DNA of 64,000 bases from an uncultured Planctomycetota bacterium (GTDB lineage Bacteria; Planctomycetota; Planctomycetia; Isosphaerales; Isosphaeraceae). Below are positions 1 to 10,773 of this stretch, in pieces (position 1 is the stretch's first letter; every line of letters begins with the position of its first letter). The DNA is taken from the NCBI GenBank assembly GCA_963845755.1, contig CAWJTV010000026.1, forward strand, positions 163,846 through 227,845, written 5' to 3'. A model generated the notes under the pieces. The model saw nothing but the letters and a program-made list of their open reading frames with translations. It had not been told where the DNA came from and did no database searches. A program made the translations under genes and the position numbers.

Positions 1-474
1 ACACCCGGCCAGTATGTTGCCGTCGCCGGCCAATGGGAGCCGGAGGAATTCCCCGCCCCGAACAACGGCGTGTTCTATCGGAATAGCAAGATCGGCCTGC
101 GGGATATCACCGACGGCTCCAGCACGACGCTGCTGGCCGGCGAGCGTTCGCAGAACGTCGCCAACGCGACGTGGCCGGGCATGATCCCCTTGGGCCAATC
201 CTGCAACAATCCAACGTGGCCGATGCAGGATTGCGAGGCGTCGAACGTGCTGATCCTGGGACATACCGGGCCGTCGCCCGATGAAACCTGGATCGATACA
301 CCCAATTACAAGAAGGCGGGGGCGGACGACTTCCACAGCCTGCATCCCGGCGGCTGCAACTTCCTGTTCGGCGATGGCTCGATCCGGTTCGTCAAGGAGA
401 CGATCAACCCGCAGGTGTTCAGCTATCTGGCGACGCGGGCGGGCGGCGAGGTGGTGGGCTCCGACCAGTTCTGA
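1..474 (+). CDS. DUF1559 / prepilin-type planctomycete protein, C-terminal part (5' end outside window)
   Basis: Frame open from base 1; ITDGSSTTLLAGE motif and H-X9-DG motif (HPGGCNFLFGDGS) followed by LATRAGGEVV C-terminus. Confidence 0.9.
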   Translation, partial: TPGQYVAVAGQWEPEEFPAPNNGVFYRNSKIGLRDITDGSSTTLLAGERSQNVANATWPGMIPLGQSCNNPTWPMQDCEASNVLILGHTGPSPDETWIDTPNYKKAGADDFHSLHPGGCNFLFGDGSIRFVKETINPQVFSYLATRAGGEVVGSDQF

Positions 475-547
475 CGGCGGCGAATCCTCCCCAGGCCGGC
501 CTGGGGATCGTGCTTACCATCGAAGGAGAATTGGTAATAGTGATAAT

Positions 548-1270
548 ATGTCGATTAAATGGGCCTTCCTGCTCGCCTGCGGCTGGCTGGCGGCGACCGT
601 CTCGGGTGCGGCCGGCTTCGGCGGTGCGTTGCTGTTGCTGCCGGTGCTGACGCTGGCGGTGGGTGCCAAGGCGGCGGTGCCGATCCTCACCGTCGCCCAA
701 CTGCTCGGCAATCTGTCGCGGGCGGGCTTCGGTTGGCAGGAGATCCGCTGGCGGCCGGCCCTGCTATTCAGTGCCGGGGCGGTGCCGGCCAGCGTGCTCG
801 GCTCGCGGCTGTTCGTCGCCCTGCCGCCGGGCTTGATCCTGCGATTGATCGGCGTCTTCCTATTGCTCGTCGTGGGTCTGCGGCACACGCGACTCGGCCG
901 GTGGAAGACGCCGGAATGGCTGTTAAGCCCGGCCGGCGTGGCGGTCGGCTTCCTGTCGGCGGTTGCCGGCAGTGCCGGTCCGCTGGGGGCGGCGGTGTTC
1001 CTCGGGCTGCGTCTGCCGGCGGGGGCGTATGTGGCAAGCGAGGCGGTGACGGCGGTGCTGATGCATTTGACCAAGAGCCTCGTTTACGGCCGCTACGCCG
1101 CGTTGAGCGGCGGCGATCTGCTGCGTGGGTTGGCCTTGGGCAGCTCGCTGGTGCTCGGTTCGTGGACGGGCCGGAGGTTGATACGCCGGCTGCCGGAAAA
1201 AGGATTTGCTTTGTTGGTGGAAGTGCTGCTGGCCTTGTCAGCGATCTCGCTCATCGGTGCAGGACGCTAG
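548..1270 (+). CDS. Sulfite exporter TauE/SafE family membrane protein
   Basis: ATG at 548; highly hydrophobic, SGAAGFGGALLLLP and repeated GFLSAVAGSAGP motif. Confidence 0.85.
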   Translation: MSIKWAFLLACGWLAATVSGAAGFGGALLLLPVLTLAVGAKAAVPILTVAQLLGNLSRAGFGWQEIRWRPALLFSAGAVPASVLGSRLFVALPPGLILRLIGVFLLLVVGLRHTRLGRWKTPEWLLSPAGVAVGFLSAVAGSAGPLGAAVFLGLRLPAGAYVASEAVTAVLMHLTKSLVYGRYAALSGGDLLRGLALGSSLVLGSWTGRRLIRRLPEKGFALLVEVLLALSAISLIGAGR

Positions 1271-1539
1271 ACGGGATGAGCCATCCGACGTCCCGATGCC
1301 AGGCCACGAGAGAAACTGCATCGCAGGCGTGCAATCAATGGTGGTGGTAATGGCCGGATAAAAGATCGACACGCCGGAAGTCGATGAAGACTAAGAAGTG
1401 TCGAAAGATTGCATGACAGCGGTCCCCCGCTCTTGCCTAGAGCAGGCATTTTCAAGCTCAGGCTGATCCCACCAGCGTGCCGAAGGTGAGTTCCCGCCTG
1501 TGCGATCATTCCCACTCCCCGCACGAGAGGAACGTCGCG

Positions 1540-1932
1540 ATGCGTATGCGAGCTTACCGCCCCGAGGTCCCCGGCTGCCTGGAAGATCGATCGCTGTTAT
1601 CGAGCGTTGCGGGGCTGTCGGCCGATGCTATTGTTCTCACGCGTCGCGAGTTCAATATGATACCCGAACAAATCCAGGAGGCCTTTCATTTCTTTCGCCA
1701 GGGCTACGGTGTTCTCCATCTTCACGACGAGATTCTTGAGGCCGTCGTGAACATCCCCTTCGGACGGGTCGATGGTCTAGCAGTCTCGATCAATGGCATC
1801 TTGAACAGGATGCAGCACGACCTCTCCGCCAAAGTCCCCCACGCCATCAGCTCGGCGCGCAACGACGTGATTGCCGTGACCCGTGCGGACGTGGAGGCCC
1901 GGGTTCAGGCCGGAGATATCGTCGTGCGGTGA
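1540..1932 (+). CDS. Small hypothetical protein with planctomycete extracellular leader (LEPR-XLL-like)
   Basis: MRMRAYRPEVPGCLEDRSLLS N-terminus; GAGAGG RBS upstream of ATG 1540. Confidence 0.65.
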   Translation: MRMRAYRPEVPGCLEDRSLLSSVAGLSADAIVLTRREFNMIPEQIQEAFHFFRQGYGVLHLHDEILEAVVNIPFGRVDGLAVSINGILNRMQHDLSAKVPHAISSARNDVIAVTRADVEARVQAGDIVVR

Positions 1933-1964
1933 TCGCTGCTGAATGGTTGAATTCATCTTATTTG

Positions 1965-3423
1965 TCAATATTTCAGCACGTAGTCTGGGCTTTTGCTGAG
2001 CCGGTCCCTTGACCGGATAATAGGTGAGCGTCGTCCTCGGGTCGGCGTGGCCCGCGAAGTCCTGCAAGTCGATGATGTCCGATCCCCGCTCCCTGGCCGT
2101 GGTCAGGGCGGTGACGCGGAGCGAATGCACAGTGACGGCGGGATCGAGGCCGAGGGCGGCGACGTAGCGGCCGATCAGCTTCTCGACCGCTCGGGTAGTC
2201 ATCGCCTAGCCTGGATTCCCATGGAGGCAAAAACGGGGTAGGCTACGACGCAATCCATAAACGAAGCAAAATTCGTCGAAGTGGGTTTTCCCCTGGATTT
2301 CAAGTGGTTCTGGCTTGAAACGGCTCATCGAACCGCCTCTCTCGATGTTAGGTGATCCGTAAACTGAAAAAAGAGCATCCACGGTGTCAACTCAATGCAT
2401 CCACTGTGGTGAATTCGATAGATTTGTCGCAAGAACCCCTTGTTTTCCAGGAGGAAGTGAGATTCGATCGACGAACATATCATCCATGGTGATCAAGTTA
2501 ACTTAGTGGGAGACCCACCTTTAACTCTTGGAGGAGCATAACCAGTTCCGAGGCGAAAAGCTGAGTATCGCGGGCTTTTTTCCAATCATGCGGCAACAAA
2601 TGTTAGCTCAATCTGCCTCCATGGGAATCGCAGGCCCTAGGGCCGGAAGCCGTCGCGGCCCATGCCTCGGGCCGACCCGGCGGCGGGGAACAGCGGCCCG
2701 GCCGGATCGTCCTTGATGCCGGGAACCGCCAGCCATTCGGCCAGCCGCTCGGCGGCCTCCAGGTGCAGGGGCGTGGTGCATTCCTTGCCACCCTTGCCGG
2801 TGACGTTGAGGATGCGGTGCTCGCCGCTTTGCTTGTAATCGCGGACGCGGAGGCGGACCAGCTCGCCGACGCGGCAGCCGGAGTAGGCCAGCACGGCGAG
2901 CATGGCCCGGTCGCGGCAATCGACCGGCGTTTGCCGCTCGAGTTTCCCCTCGGGACCGTCGAGCAGACGTCGTCAGTCGTGTGCCGACAGGCCGACGGTC
3001 TTGCCGTCGCGGGGCCCGGCCGGTGCCTTGACGAACTTGCCGTGAACGGGGTTGGCCCTACTGTAGCCGTACGTTTGCAGGTAGGAGAACACCGACCGCA
3101 GGGCGGTCAGCTTCCGCCGTATCGAGCTATTGGTCATGCCTGCGGCGCCAGTCGCTCACGCCACTGGCTGACGTGCTCGGGGCGGATGGCAGCGAGGTGC
3201 TCGAGGGCATCCGGCGCGATGCCGCTGGCGGCGAGGAACTGGTCGAGGTCGAGACGGTAGGCCCGGCGGGTATGGGGGAAGGGGTGCGGAGCAGCCAGGC
3301 ATTGACGGCCCGACCGATGGCCTGGCGGAGATCGCCGGGCACCTGGCCGGTGAAGGCCGGGATCGGCTCGGCGGTCGCCGCCGGGGTGATGATTTGCAAT
3401 TCGGTGCCCGTCTCGTCGTCCAT
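1965..3423 (-). pseudogene. Tyrosine recombinase (Xer-like integrase), interrupted by a 425-bp insertion and frameshifts
   Basis: Fragments carry YSGCRVGEL (catalytic R), GKGGK, HSLR and GHADPRTTLTY motifs; insertion at 2210-2635 separates ...DGFRP from AMTTRAVEK... Confidence 0.9.
2210..2635. mobile_element. Non-autonomous IS-derived element (MITE) with IS1380-like ends
   Basis: Inverted termini CCTGGATTCCCATGGAGGCA and TGCCTCCATGGGAATCGCAGG; CCTAG duplicated at 2205-2209 and 2636-2640; lower GC; no transposase ORF; splits the integrase. Confidence 0.8.
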
Positions 3424-3653
3424 GATACCTCCCGTGTTATGCCCGCCTCGAGCGTCGGGGTTTTGGTTCGGATACCCCGCTTTATCCGAACTATAATCGA
3501 CCAGAGAAAAGACGCAAGGAGAAGATGCCGGGGGGAGGGGGTAGTCCCGGCAACTCGGCTGGTCTGGTAGGGGACAACGGGATAGGATCGATGAGTGGAG
3601 GCCAGGCGGTGGCTCAAGGTTCCATCGTGGTTGAATTCGCGAGTGCCCTTCAA

Positions 3654-4421
3654 ATGCCAGATTACAACAATCCTGCCGGGCGGCTTTTCAAGGTTCTCAC
3701 GGAGCTTGGTCAAGGACAGATCAAAAGCGACCAGATTGCCGCCAAACTCGGAACATTGAGTGATTGGGAGTCGCTTCTCAAGGCGATGGTCGAGATGAGG
3801 AAAGAGTACGTGTTACTAGAAGCCGCCGTGTCCGACTTCAAGGACAACCCTTACAAGCTCGATCATTACAAGGAAGACCTCGCCCACATTAAATCGGCGA
3901 TTGATGGAATCATTATTGATATAAAAAATAATCAGGTACATGTTACTCCTAACCCGCAAGCCCTTACCGCCCTGAGATACATGGCCGTTGATCTTCCGCA
4001 GGAGGAGGCGGTTACTCCGGACGAGATCGCGACGATCCGCAAGCTATGCAACGAACTGCAAGCCGAGATCGAGAATTCACAGACGCTCAACAAGACGCTC
4101 AAGGAATGGCTCCTGGACCTCGTGCGGATGATGCGTGACGGTATTGATCGCTTCAAGATTCGGGGGAGCCGGGGCTTCAGGAAGGAGCTCTATCAGATGC
4201 TGGGGTCGATCATGGTGCATTACGGGGATATCAAGGAGGTGAAGGAGAAAGAGCCGGGAATCTGGATGAAGATGATGCAGAGCCTCGATTGGGCCTGCCG
4301 GGCGGCCGAGCGATTCGAGAAGGTGGGGAAGGCACTTCGGTGGGGCTACAAGGCCATTGAATTCTTCTCAAGCGGCGGTGCGACCCCTCTCCAGTTGGAG
4401 GGGCCAGACGAGGCGGAATGA
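3654..4421 (+). CDS. Hypothetical protein (helical, island cargo)
   Basis: Long ORF with natural composition (MPDYNNPAGRLFKVL...); start could be further upstream (frame open from 3525). Confidence 0.7.
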   Translation: MPDYNNPAGRLFKVLTELGQGQIKSDQIAAKLGTLSDWESLLKAMVEMRKEYVLLEAAVSDFKDNPYKLDHYKEDLAHIKSAIDGIIIDIKNNQVHVTPNPQALTALRYMAVDLPQEEAVTPDEIATIRKLCNELQAEIENSQTLNKTLKEWLLDLVRMMRDGIDRFKIRGSRGFRKELYQMLGSIMVHYGDIKEVKEKEPGIWMKMMQSLDWACRAAERFEKVGKALRWGYKAIEFFSSGGATPLQLEGPDEAE

Positions 4422-5315
4422 TTGCTACTGGTAATAGTCATCGCGTGGCCGGGCACGCGGAGCCGCGAACGACGACCCTATGGAGGCGGGCGGCTTCAAA
4501 CCGTAGCACCCTGTTTCATTGCCTCTGAACCTCGAATATACAGGTACCGAATGATGGGGAATTACACATGATCCTTGCTACATTTCTTGAAACATGCCCG
4601 CTGTACAAATGGGTTGCCTTGGAACCGTCGAACGATGGTTCCAGATTCAAGCTTTCAGGGAAATTTCCGTCGATCAACATGCCCTGCTCGATCTGCAAGT
4701 CGAATCAAACATTTTGCACTGACAATAAAAACCCTAACAAAAATAGCATTATCAATCTTTCAAGCTATCAATTTCTGGATTATAATTTGTATCTTGAAGT
4801 GTACGAATGTGCAAATTACCATACGTTTGCACATTGCTTCATGATAAAGGAAGCAAGGGACGGTAACTCTATTATGAAGGTTGGGCAACACCCAAACTGG
4901 TCAATTGAGGTAGAGTCTTACCTGGAAAAGGCATTAGGTAGGCACGTTAGAGAATATAAAAATGGATTGATTAACGAGGGCCACGGATTTGGGATCGGTG
5001 CTTTTGCCTATTATCGGCGAATTGTTGAGGTAATGATAGATGAATTATTAGCTGATATTCTAGAACTTATACCATCTGATGATAAGCAGCATCAAGAATA
5101 TCGGGAAGCCTTGGAGCGGGCAAAGGACGACCATCGGGCAGACGTGAAGATTGCCCAGGTAAAAGACCTGATTCCTGCCGTATTGCGGCCAGGGGGAGCT
5201 AATCCGCTCAAGGAACTTCACTCGGCGTTGAGTGCTGGTCTTCACGGTCACACAGATGAGGAATGCCTTGACTTAGCAGATCATATAAGAGTGTCACTAA
5301 AATTCCTGATCGAAC

Positions 5316-6848
5316 GTAGCCGTTCACACCCCGAACAATTTGTACAGTTAGTTCGTATTACTGTATATGAGTCAGCAGCTTCCGATCCCTGAGCCACTCT
5401 GGAGCACCGTGCCCGAGGACGCGCAAGCCGCCCTCCTCGATGCCTGGAATGTGCTCCGGGATGAGATCGCCGAGTTGAAGACCACCGTGCGCGATCTCCG
5501 GGCCCGGCTCGGACTCAACTCGACGAATTCCTCCAAGCCCCCCTCTTCCGACCCGATCGGCCTGAAACGAAAGCCGCCGACTCCGCCTTCGCGGCGCAAA
5601 CGCGGCGGACAACCCGGCCATCGCAAGGCGTTCCGCGCCCTGGTCCCTCCCGAGGAGCTCCGATCGTCCACCGATCGTCGGCCCGGGGCCTGTCGTCGCT
5701 GCGGCCATGCGCTGCACGGCGAGGATCCCCACACCCTTGATCCATCAGGTCGCCGACCTGCCCCGGATCGAGCCACTCGTGGACGAATACCGGCTGCATC
5801 GGCTCGCTTGTCCGGACTGTGGGACGACCACGTGTGCGACCCTCCCCGAGGGGGTCTCCACCAGCCACTTCAGCCCGTACACTCAGGCCGTGCTGGCGAC
5901 CCTGGCCGGCGCCTACCGCCTCAGCAAGCGGCAGATCCAGCAACTCGCCGGCGATCTGTTGGGGCTGTCGATCTCCACCGGGATGATCTCCAAGCTGGAG
6001 CGACAATCGGCCGCCGTGCTGGAGGCCCCCTATAACGAGCTGGCCGTCGCCGTCCACACGGCGGAGGTGATCCATGCCGACGAGACCTCCTGGCGGGAGG
6101 AGCGGCGCAAGGCCTGGCTTTGGGCGGCGGTGACCGCGATGTTCACCGTCTTCACCATCGCCCGCAACCGCACCGCCAAGGTGGCCCGAGCGGTCCTGGG
6201 GACGCACGACGGCTCGATCGCGGTGACCGACCGTTGCAGTTCCTACGACTGGATCGCCGCGGCCGGCCGGCAGATCTGCTGGAGCCATCTCCGCCGCGAT
6301 TTCCAGGCGATGATCGACCGCGGCGGGGCGGCCGAACCGATCGGCCGACGACTGTTGAGGCTGTCGGATCGGTTGTACCGCTGGTGGCATCGCCTCGAGG
6401 CCGAGCGGGTGGATCGGGGGCGATTCCGCGCGACGATGACCCGGGTGAGGCGCGAGGTCAAAGCGGCGCTGGACGACGGTGCGCGGTGCGGATGTCCGCG
6501 GACGCGCGGGATGTGCGCCGAGATCCTGCGCGTGGAGGGGAGCTTGTGGACCTTGCGCGGGTCGAGGGGGTGCCTCCCGACAACAATGCGGCGGAGCGCC
6601 GCCGAGCGGCACGCCGTGATCTGGCGGCGGATCAGCGGGGGGACCGACAGGCGCAGGGGAGCCGGTTCGTCGAGCGGATGTTGACCGTGGTGGCCACGTG
6701 CCGGCAGCAGGGACGAGACGTGCTGGGCTACCTGACATCGTGCTTTGAAGCGGCTCGGAGCAACCAATCGATCCCCTCCCTCGTCCCGGTGACTCCACCA
6801 AAGATCGAGGCCGCCTAATTCCAGCTATCACGCCCCATGAACGGGTAC
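5316..6848 (+). mobile_element. IS66-family insertion sequence (single-ORF, ISBst12-type organisation)
   Basis: Termini GTAGCCGTTCA / TGAACGGGTAC; perfect 8-bp duplication GATCGAAC at 5308-5315 and 6849-6856. Confidence 0.95.
5367..6818 (+). CDS. IS66 family transposase (several frameshifts)
   Basis: NSTNSSKPPSSD, KRGGQPGH, Zn-finger CxxC, HADETSW, QICWSHLRRDF, PDNNAAER motifs spread over three frames. Confidence 0.9.
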
Positions 6849-7041
6849 GATCGAACAGATCAAGCGAACAAAGCAAAATGCTTCGGAGTATGCCGAAAGT
6901 ATCAAGGCTATGCAGGCGAAGCGGTAGCGGGCAGAAAAGCCAAGCTAGATTCGAGCAGCATAATCCCCTTTAGTGGGATGCCACTGCACGGCAGCAGTCA
7001 AGTGGCAGGTGGGGGTAGGACGGTGGCTTCGCTGCCAAGCG

Positions 7042-7446
7042 TCATTCGGGCGGAAACTCGCCTGCCTCGATCAGCAGCTCGCGGAGTTCGACGCGGTACT
7101 CGTCGTTGATGTGGAGCAGGGAGATAGTGACGCGGCCGATGGCGGTGCGGCCGACCAGGTAGGGGCCTTCCCAGCGGAAGTGTTTCGTCCATTTGTGGCG
7201 GCGGGGGTTGAACAGCGGCGTGATCTTGCGTGTCTGCCGGTCGAAGCTGGTCAGGTCCGAACCCTTGAAGGAATTGCAATAATAGCAACTGAGGCATAGG
7301 TTGCTGGCAATGGTCGGCCCGTGGTGCTTGCGGGAGCGGGTATGGTCGATTTCAAAGGTGGCGTCGTCGGCCGCCTGGGGCATCTGGCAATATTCGCAAC
7401 GGCCTTGTGCCCGTTGCCAGACCAGCCGCGTGAGTGCCGCGTCCAT
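7042..7446 (-). CDS. HNH endonuclease
   Basis: RCEYC...EIDH...H.G...NLCLSCYYCNSFKG; LFNPRRHKW.KHF.W. Confidence 0.92.
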   Translation of the reverse strand: MDAALTRLVWQRAQGRCEYCQMPQAADDATFEIDHTRSRKHHGPTIASNLCLSCYYCNSFKGSDLTSFDRQTRKITPLFNPRRHKWTKHFRWEGPYLVGRTAIGRVTISLLHINDEYRVELRELLIEAGEFPPE

Positions 7447-7453
7447 GAGCGGA

Positions 7454-7759
7454 TCAGGAATCCGTTCGGGTTTTGAGCTTGATGCCGAGCGTGCGGCGGG
7501 CCTTGGACTTCAGGATGGAAAGCAGGGTGGTCGCCTTGGCGAAGGCGTGCATTTCCTTCTTCTCGCCGGGCGTCAAGGCGTCGTCCTGATTCCGCACGGC
7601 CAGGTCGTGCATGCGGGCCTTGTCCCGCTCGCTGACGTGGAGGTCGAGGATGTAGCGGGCGACATCCTTGGGGAACGGGCCATCGCCGTTGCCCAGGAAG
7701 CGGACAAGGATCGTCACTTCGTTGTCGCTCGCGTGGTTGGTAGCAGTGCTCATGTGCAT
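7454..7759 (-). CDS. Small hypothetical protein co-transcribed with HNH nuclease (putative antitoxin-like partner)
   Basis: 101-aa helical ORF ending 7 bp before the HNH start; preceded by the promoter shared with the TA loci. Confidence 0.75.
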   Translation of the reverse strand: MHMSTATNHASDNEVTILVRFLGNGDGPFPKDVARYILDLHVSERDKARMHDLAVRNQDDALTPGEKKEMHAFAKATTLLSILKSKARRTLGIKLKTRTDS

Positions 7760-7783
7760 TCCTTTTTGATAGCGGTTAGCCTG

Positions 7784-7812
7784 AGATTACCACGGCGGGC
7801 GGGTTTTGCCAA
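7784..7812 (-). promoter_or_regulatory. Sigma70-type promoter (copy 1 of shared motif)
   Basis: TTGGCA-17 bp-TAATCT with extended TG on the minus strand. Confidence 0.7.
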
Positions 7813-7833
7813 GCCGGGGCGGCAGGGCGGTTG

Positions 7834-8949
7834 CTAGGTCAGATTCCTCCGGTCGGCCAGGGACTTCTGCAAAGCATCCATGGCGATGAAAGCGGCGTGG
7901 AAGCAGAAGGGGCAGACGGAATAAGAGCCTTGCACCGGAGCAATGGCGTTGCGGAATCCCTCCATCTCCTTCGCATAGTAAGTAATCAGGTTGAACGTTT
8001 GACCGTAGTGGCCGACGCCGCATAGGGGGCATAACGTATCCGCCAGTTGCTCCAAGGGCTTGTAACCCTCTACGATCAAGCGACGGACATCATATGCCCC
8101 TTCCAGTGCCCTGTAGGTATTGTCGTAGCGTTTCGCCGCGTCGTATCACACGGTATACTCAAAAATATGATGTAAATGCCACGCCATGCGTAGGTCGGGC
8201 AGTTCCTTGAACAGCGACCGGCCGTTGAACACGGGGCTTTCCCGGTCGAAAGCGATCTTGTTGGTGATCATCGACCAGAGGATTTTCCCGGCCGAGTAGA
8301 GATCGGCCCGGATGTCCGGTTCCTGGCGAGAATGACCGGAACATTCGAGGGGCCGGTAATGCGGCGTGCCAACGGCTTCCTCGGTCAAGGTGACCGCCTG
8401 GCCGTCCTCAATGTGGCACAGGCCAAAGTCGATGAGCATAATCCGCCCGGTGGGAGTGACCAGCACGTTGGCCGGGCTTAAATCCCGGTGCACGATGCGT
8501 TGCTTCTCGCACGCGGCCAGGGCCTCAACGATCTGGATGAAGCCATCGGCCGCTTTGAGCGGGTCGCGAAAAAAGGGGTTGGTGCTTCTGTCCATCCGCC
8601 TACGCAGCGATTCGGCTCCATCGACATATTCCATGACGTAATATTGAAAGTCGTCCTCCGGCTGCGAGTGCTGGACGACCTTGACGATGCCGGGATGATC
8701 GATGCGGGTGAGAGCGTCTAATTCCCCCCGGAACCGCTCGCGGGCCTTGGAGCTTCCTTTGTCGTTGAGAAACTTGAAGGCGAACTTCGGGCCATCCGGT
8801 TCGCTGGCCCGCACCGCGAGAACCACATCGCCTTGACCACCATGGCCAAGCTGGCCTTCCAGCTTCCAACCCACCTTCAACGCTTGGGTTGACTTCGAGG
8901 CCACGTCCGTCACTCCGGTAAAAGGTTGCGGCGACTGGGATAACGTCAA
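7834..8949 (-). pseudogene. Soluble Ser/Thr protein kinase with C-terminal Zn ribbon; in-frame TGA at 8146-8148
   Basis: GHGGQG, AFK, HRDLSPAN, DFG, GTPHYRPLE; same frame continues after the stop with YDAAKRY (subdomain XI) and CPLC...CPFC. Confidence 0.8.
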
Positions 8950-9035
8950 TACCTGCTACGCACTGTTCATTGTATCCAGCCGTGCACCGGTGGGCAATGC
9001 GAATCGAGTTCTCTCCGACTGAGGCATCTCGCCAT

Positions 9036-9301
9036 GGGGTTCCGATAGCAGCGGAGCAGAAAACAACGAACTTGTCTCGAGGCCCCAGTTCCACCGGGTT
9101 TTCCTTCTCGAAACCCGTCTCCGAGGGCTTGATTTGAGAACTCGCATTCGAGAATGGTTATCGAGAACCAAGATCCTGTGGGATCTTGCGATCGCGACGT
9201 AAGTGCTTGACAGTTCTTGAAAACCATCGTTTGCGAGAAGGTCTCTGAACAACCGTCATCTGGAAGATCGTTGTTTTTTGCTCGGTTACTATCGGAACCC
9301 C
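9036..9301. mobile_element. Miniature Tn3-family-like element (38-bp terminal inverted repeats)
   Basis: GGGGTTCCGATAGCAGCGGAGCAGAAAACAACGAACTT vs reverse complement of right end GGGGTTCCGATAGTAACCGAGCAAAAAACAACGATCTT (33/38); no coding capacity; no target duplication seen. Confidence 0.75.
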
Positions 9302-9443
9302 AAATAATCCGCCATCGTCAGCGGCGACTCGCGGATGATGGTCTCGGAGAGAGGTTCCCCCTTGATGGTGACCGGCTGGTCGTCGGGATCGTCGAAGTCG
9401 GCGGCCGTGTCCGGGAGCTGGCTCATCAGGCCGATTTCCAGCG
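9302..9443 (-). pseudogene. Remnant copy of antitoxin 3' end plus first codons of PIN toxin
   Basis: 9328-9435 identical to 16687-16794; toxin start ATGGCGGATTATTT is cut by the Tn3-like end. Confidence 0.85.
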
Positions 9444-9458
9444 CGTGATGCCGCGGCT

Positions 9459-10584
9459 TCAGCGGTTCGGGACACGCCTCTCGGATTGCTCGCCGAGCCC
9501 CGGCGTGAGCGCGGGTGCGAGGTCCCACACCCTCACCGTCGCATCGGCGCCACCCGAGGCCACGAACCGGCCGTCGAAACTGAATGCCACCCGATTATTG
9601 TCCGAGTGGATCTGCCGCCGCGCCGTCTCGTACTCCATGGCCACGTCCCAGTGTTGGATCATTCCTCCGCGCCGGGCCACCATCAGCGTTCGACCATCAG
9701 TCGCGAACCCGGCTGCCTTGATGAAGTTGTCCTCCTGCGCCGATCGCAGCTCGCTCGCGGCCGGTCGCGACATCCCAGAGCCGGACGCCGTCCATGGCGC
9801 CCCCCGACGCCAGCGTGGATCCATCCGGCGAGAAGGCCAGGCACTGGACCGCCCAGGAATGGCCAGGCAGGCTGAGACGTGCCCGGCCCGACCCGTCGTC
9901 CAGGTCCCAGATCTGCACCCGGCCATCGGCGTATCCCGCGGCCAGGCCGCGTCCACCGGGGACGAAGCGGAGGGCACAGACCGGCTGGCCATGACCGATC
10001 AGGGTCTCCCGGACTCCTCCGGAGACGAAATCCCAGAGGCGAACGTTCCCATCGTGACTCCCCGTCGCCAGGGTGGATCCGTCCGGTGAGAACTCCAAAC
10101 ATTGGACCTGGCCGCCGGAGACTCGCCGCGTGGATCGCTTCTCGCCCCTGGCCACGTGCCAGAGGGTCAGGGTGGAGTCATCATCGCCGGCGGCCAGGGT
10201 CGCACCGTCGGGTGAGAAGGCCAGGCAGAGCACCGTCGCTGCGTGAGCGACGGCGAGTCCCCTCTCCGCGCCTCGGCCCACCTCCCAGAGGACCAAGGCG
10301 CCATCGGCTCCCCCGGTGGCCAGCCGCCTGCCATCAGGGGTGAAGGCCACGGCACGAATTGCGTGCCTGGATCCGGTAGATGCGGCCCATGCGGGCGACC
10401 CGTCTTTGGGGGGCGCCGGCTCGGAGGTGAGGAGGGCGAGGGCGCCGACCAGGGCGGCGAAGAATCCGACCGGCGTCCTCCAGCTCAGGATCGACAGGCA
10501 CACCCGATGGCCGGCCGGCCGCGCGGGCTGGTCGTCATGAGGAGAATCCGGCGAATGAGTCGTCGCCAAAAAACGTCTGGACAT
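9459..10584 (-). CDS. WD40-repeat protein with N-terminal hydrophobic segment (frameshift near 9750)
   Basis: Repeats of AFSPDG..LA.G..DG.V.LWD across two frames. Confidence 0.85.
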
Positions 10585-10773
10585 GGAAACCCTCCCAGCT
10601 CAGCACCACGGTCAGGTCCGTGAGGTCGAGGGGCCGGTCTGAATTCGAGCGGAAGGGACATCGTCCCGGCGCGCAGACCGGGCGCACCGGGACCGTCCGG
10701 CCGATGGGCCACACGACCCTTCGACCGCCATCAAGAGCAACCTCATCGAGACAAGACCGGTTCGACGGGCGGC

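Larger units (their letters stand above)
4568..6927 (+). pseudogene. Low-GC hypothetical protein (DUF4145/HEPN-like) interrupted near its C-terminus by IS66
   Basis: AT-rich ORF with CxxC and GIGAFAYYRRIVE...LSAGLH; removing the IS and one copy of the duplication restores FLIEQIKRTKQNASEYAESIKAMQAKR* ending at 6927. Confidence 0.75.

Noticed and set aside
8146..8148. In-frame TGA as selenocysteine
   Set aside because: The position is not a Cys or catalytic site and no SECIS-like hairpin was recognised; a CGA-to-TGA change is more likely
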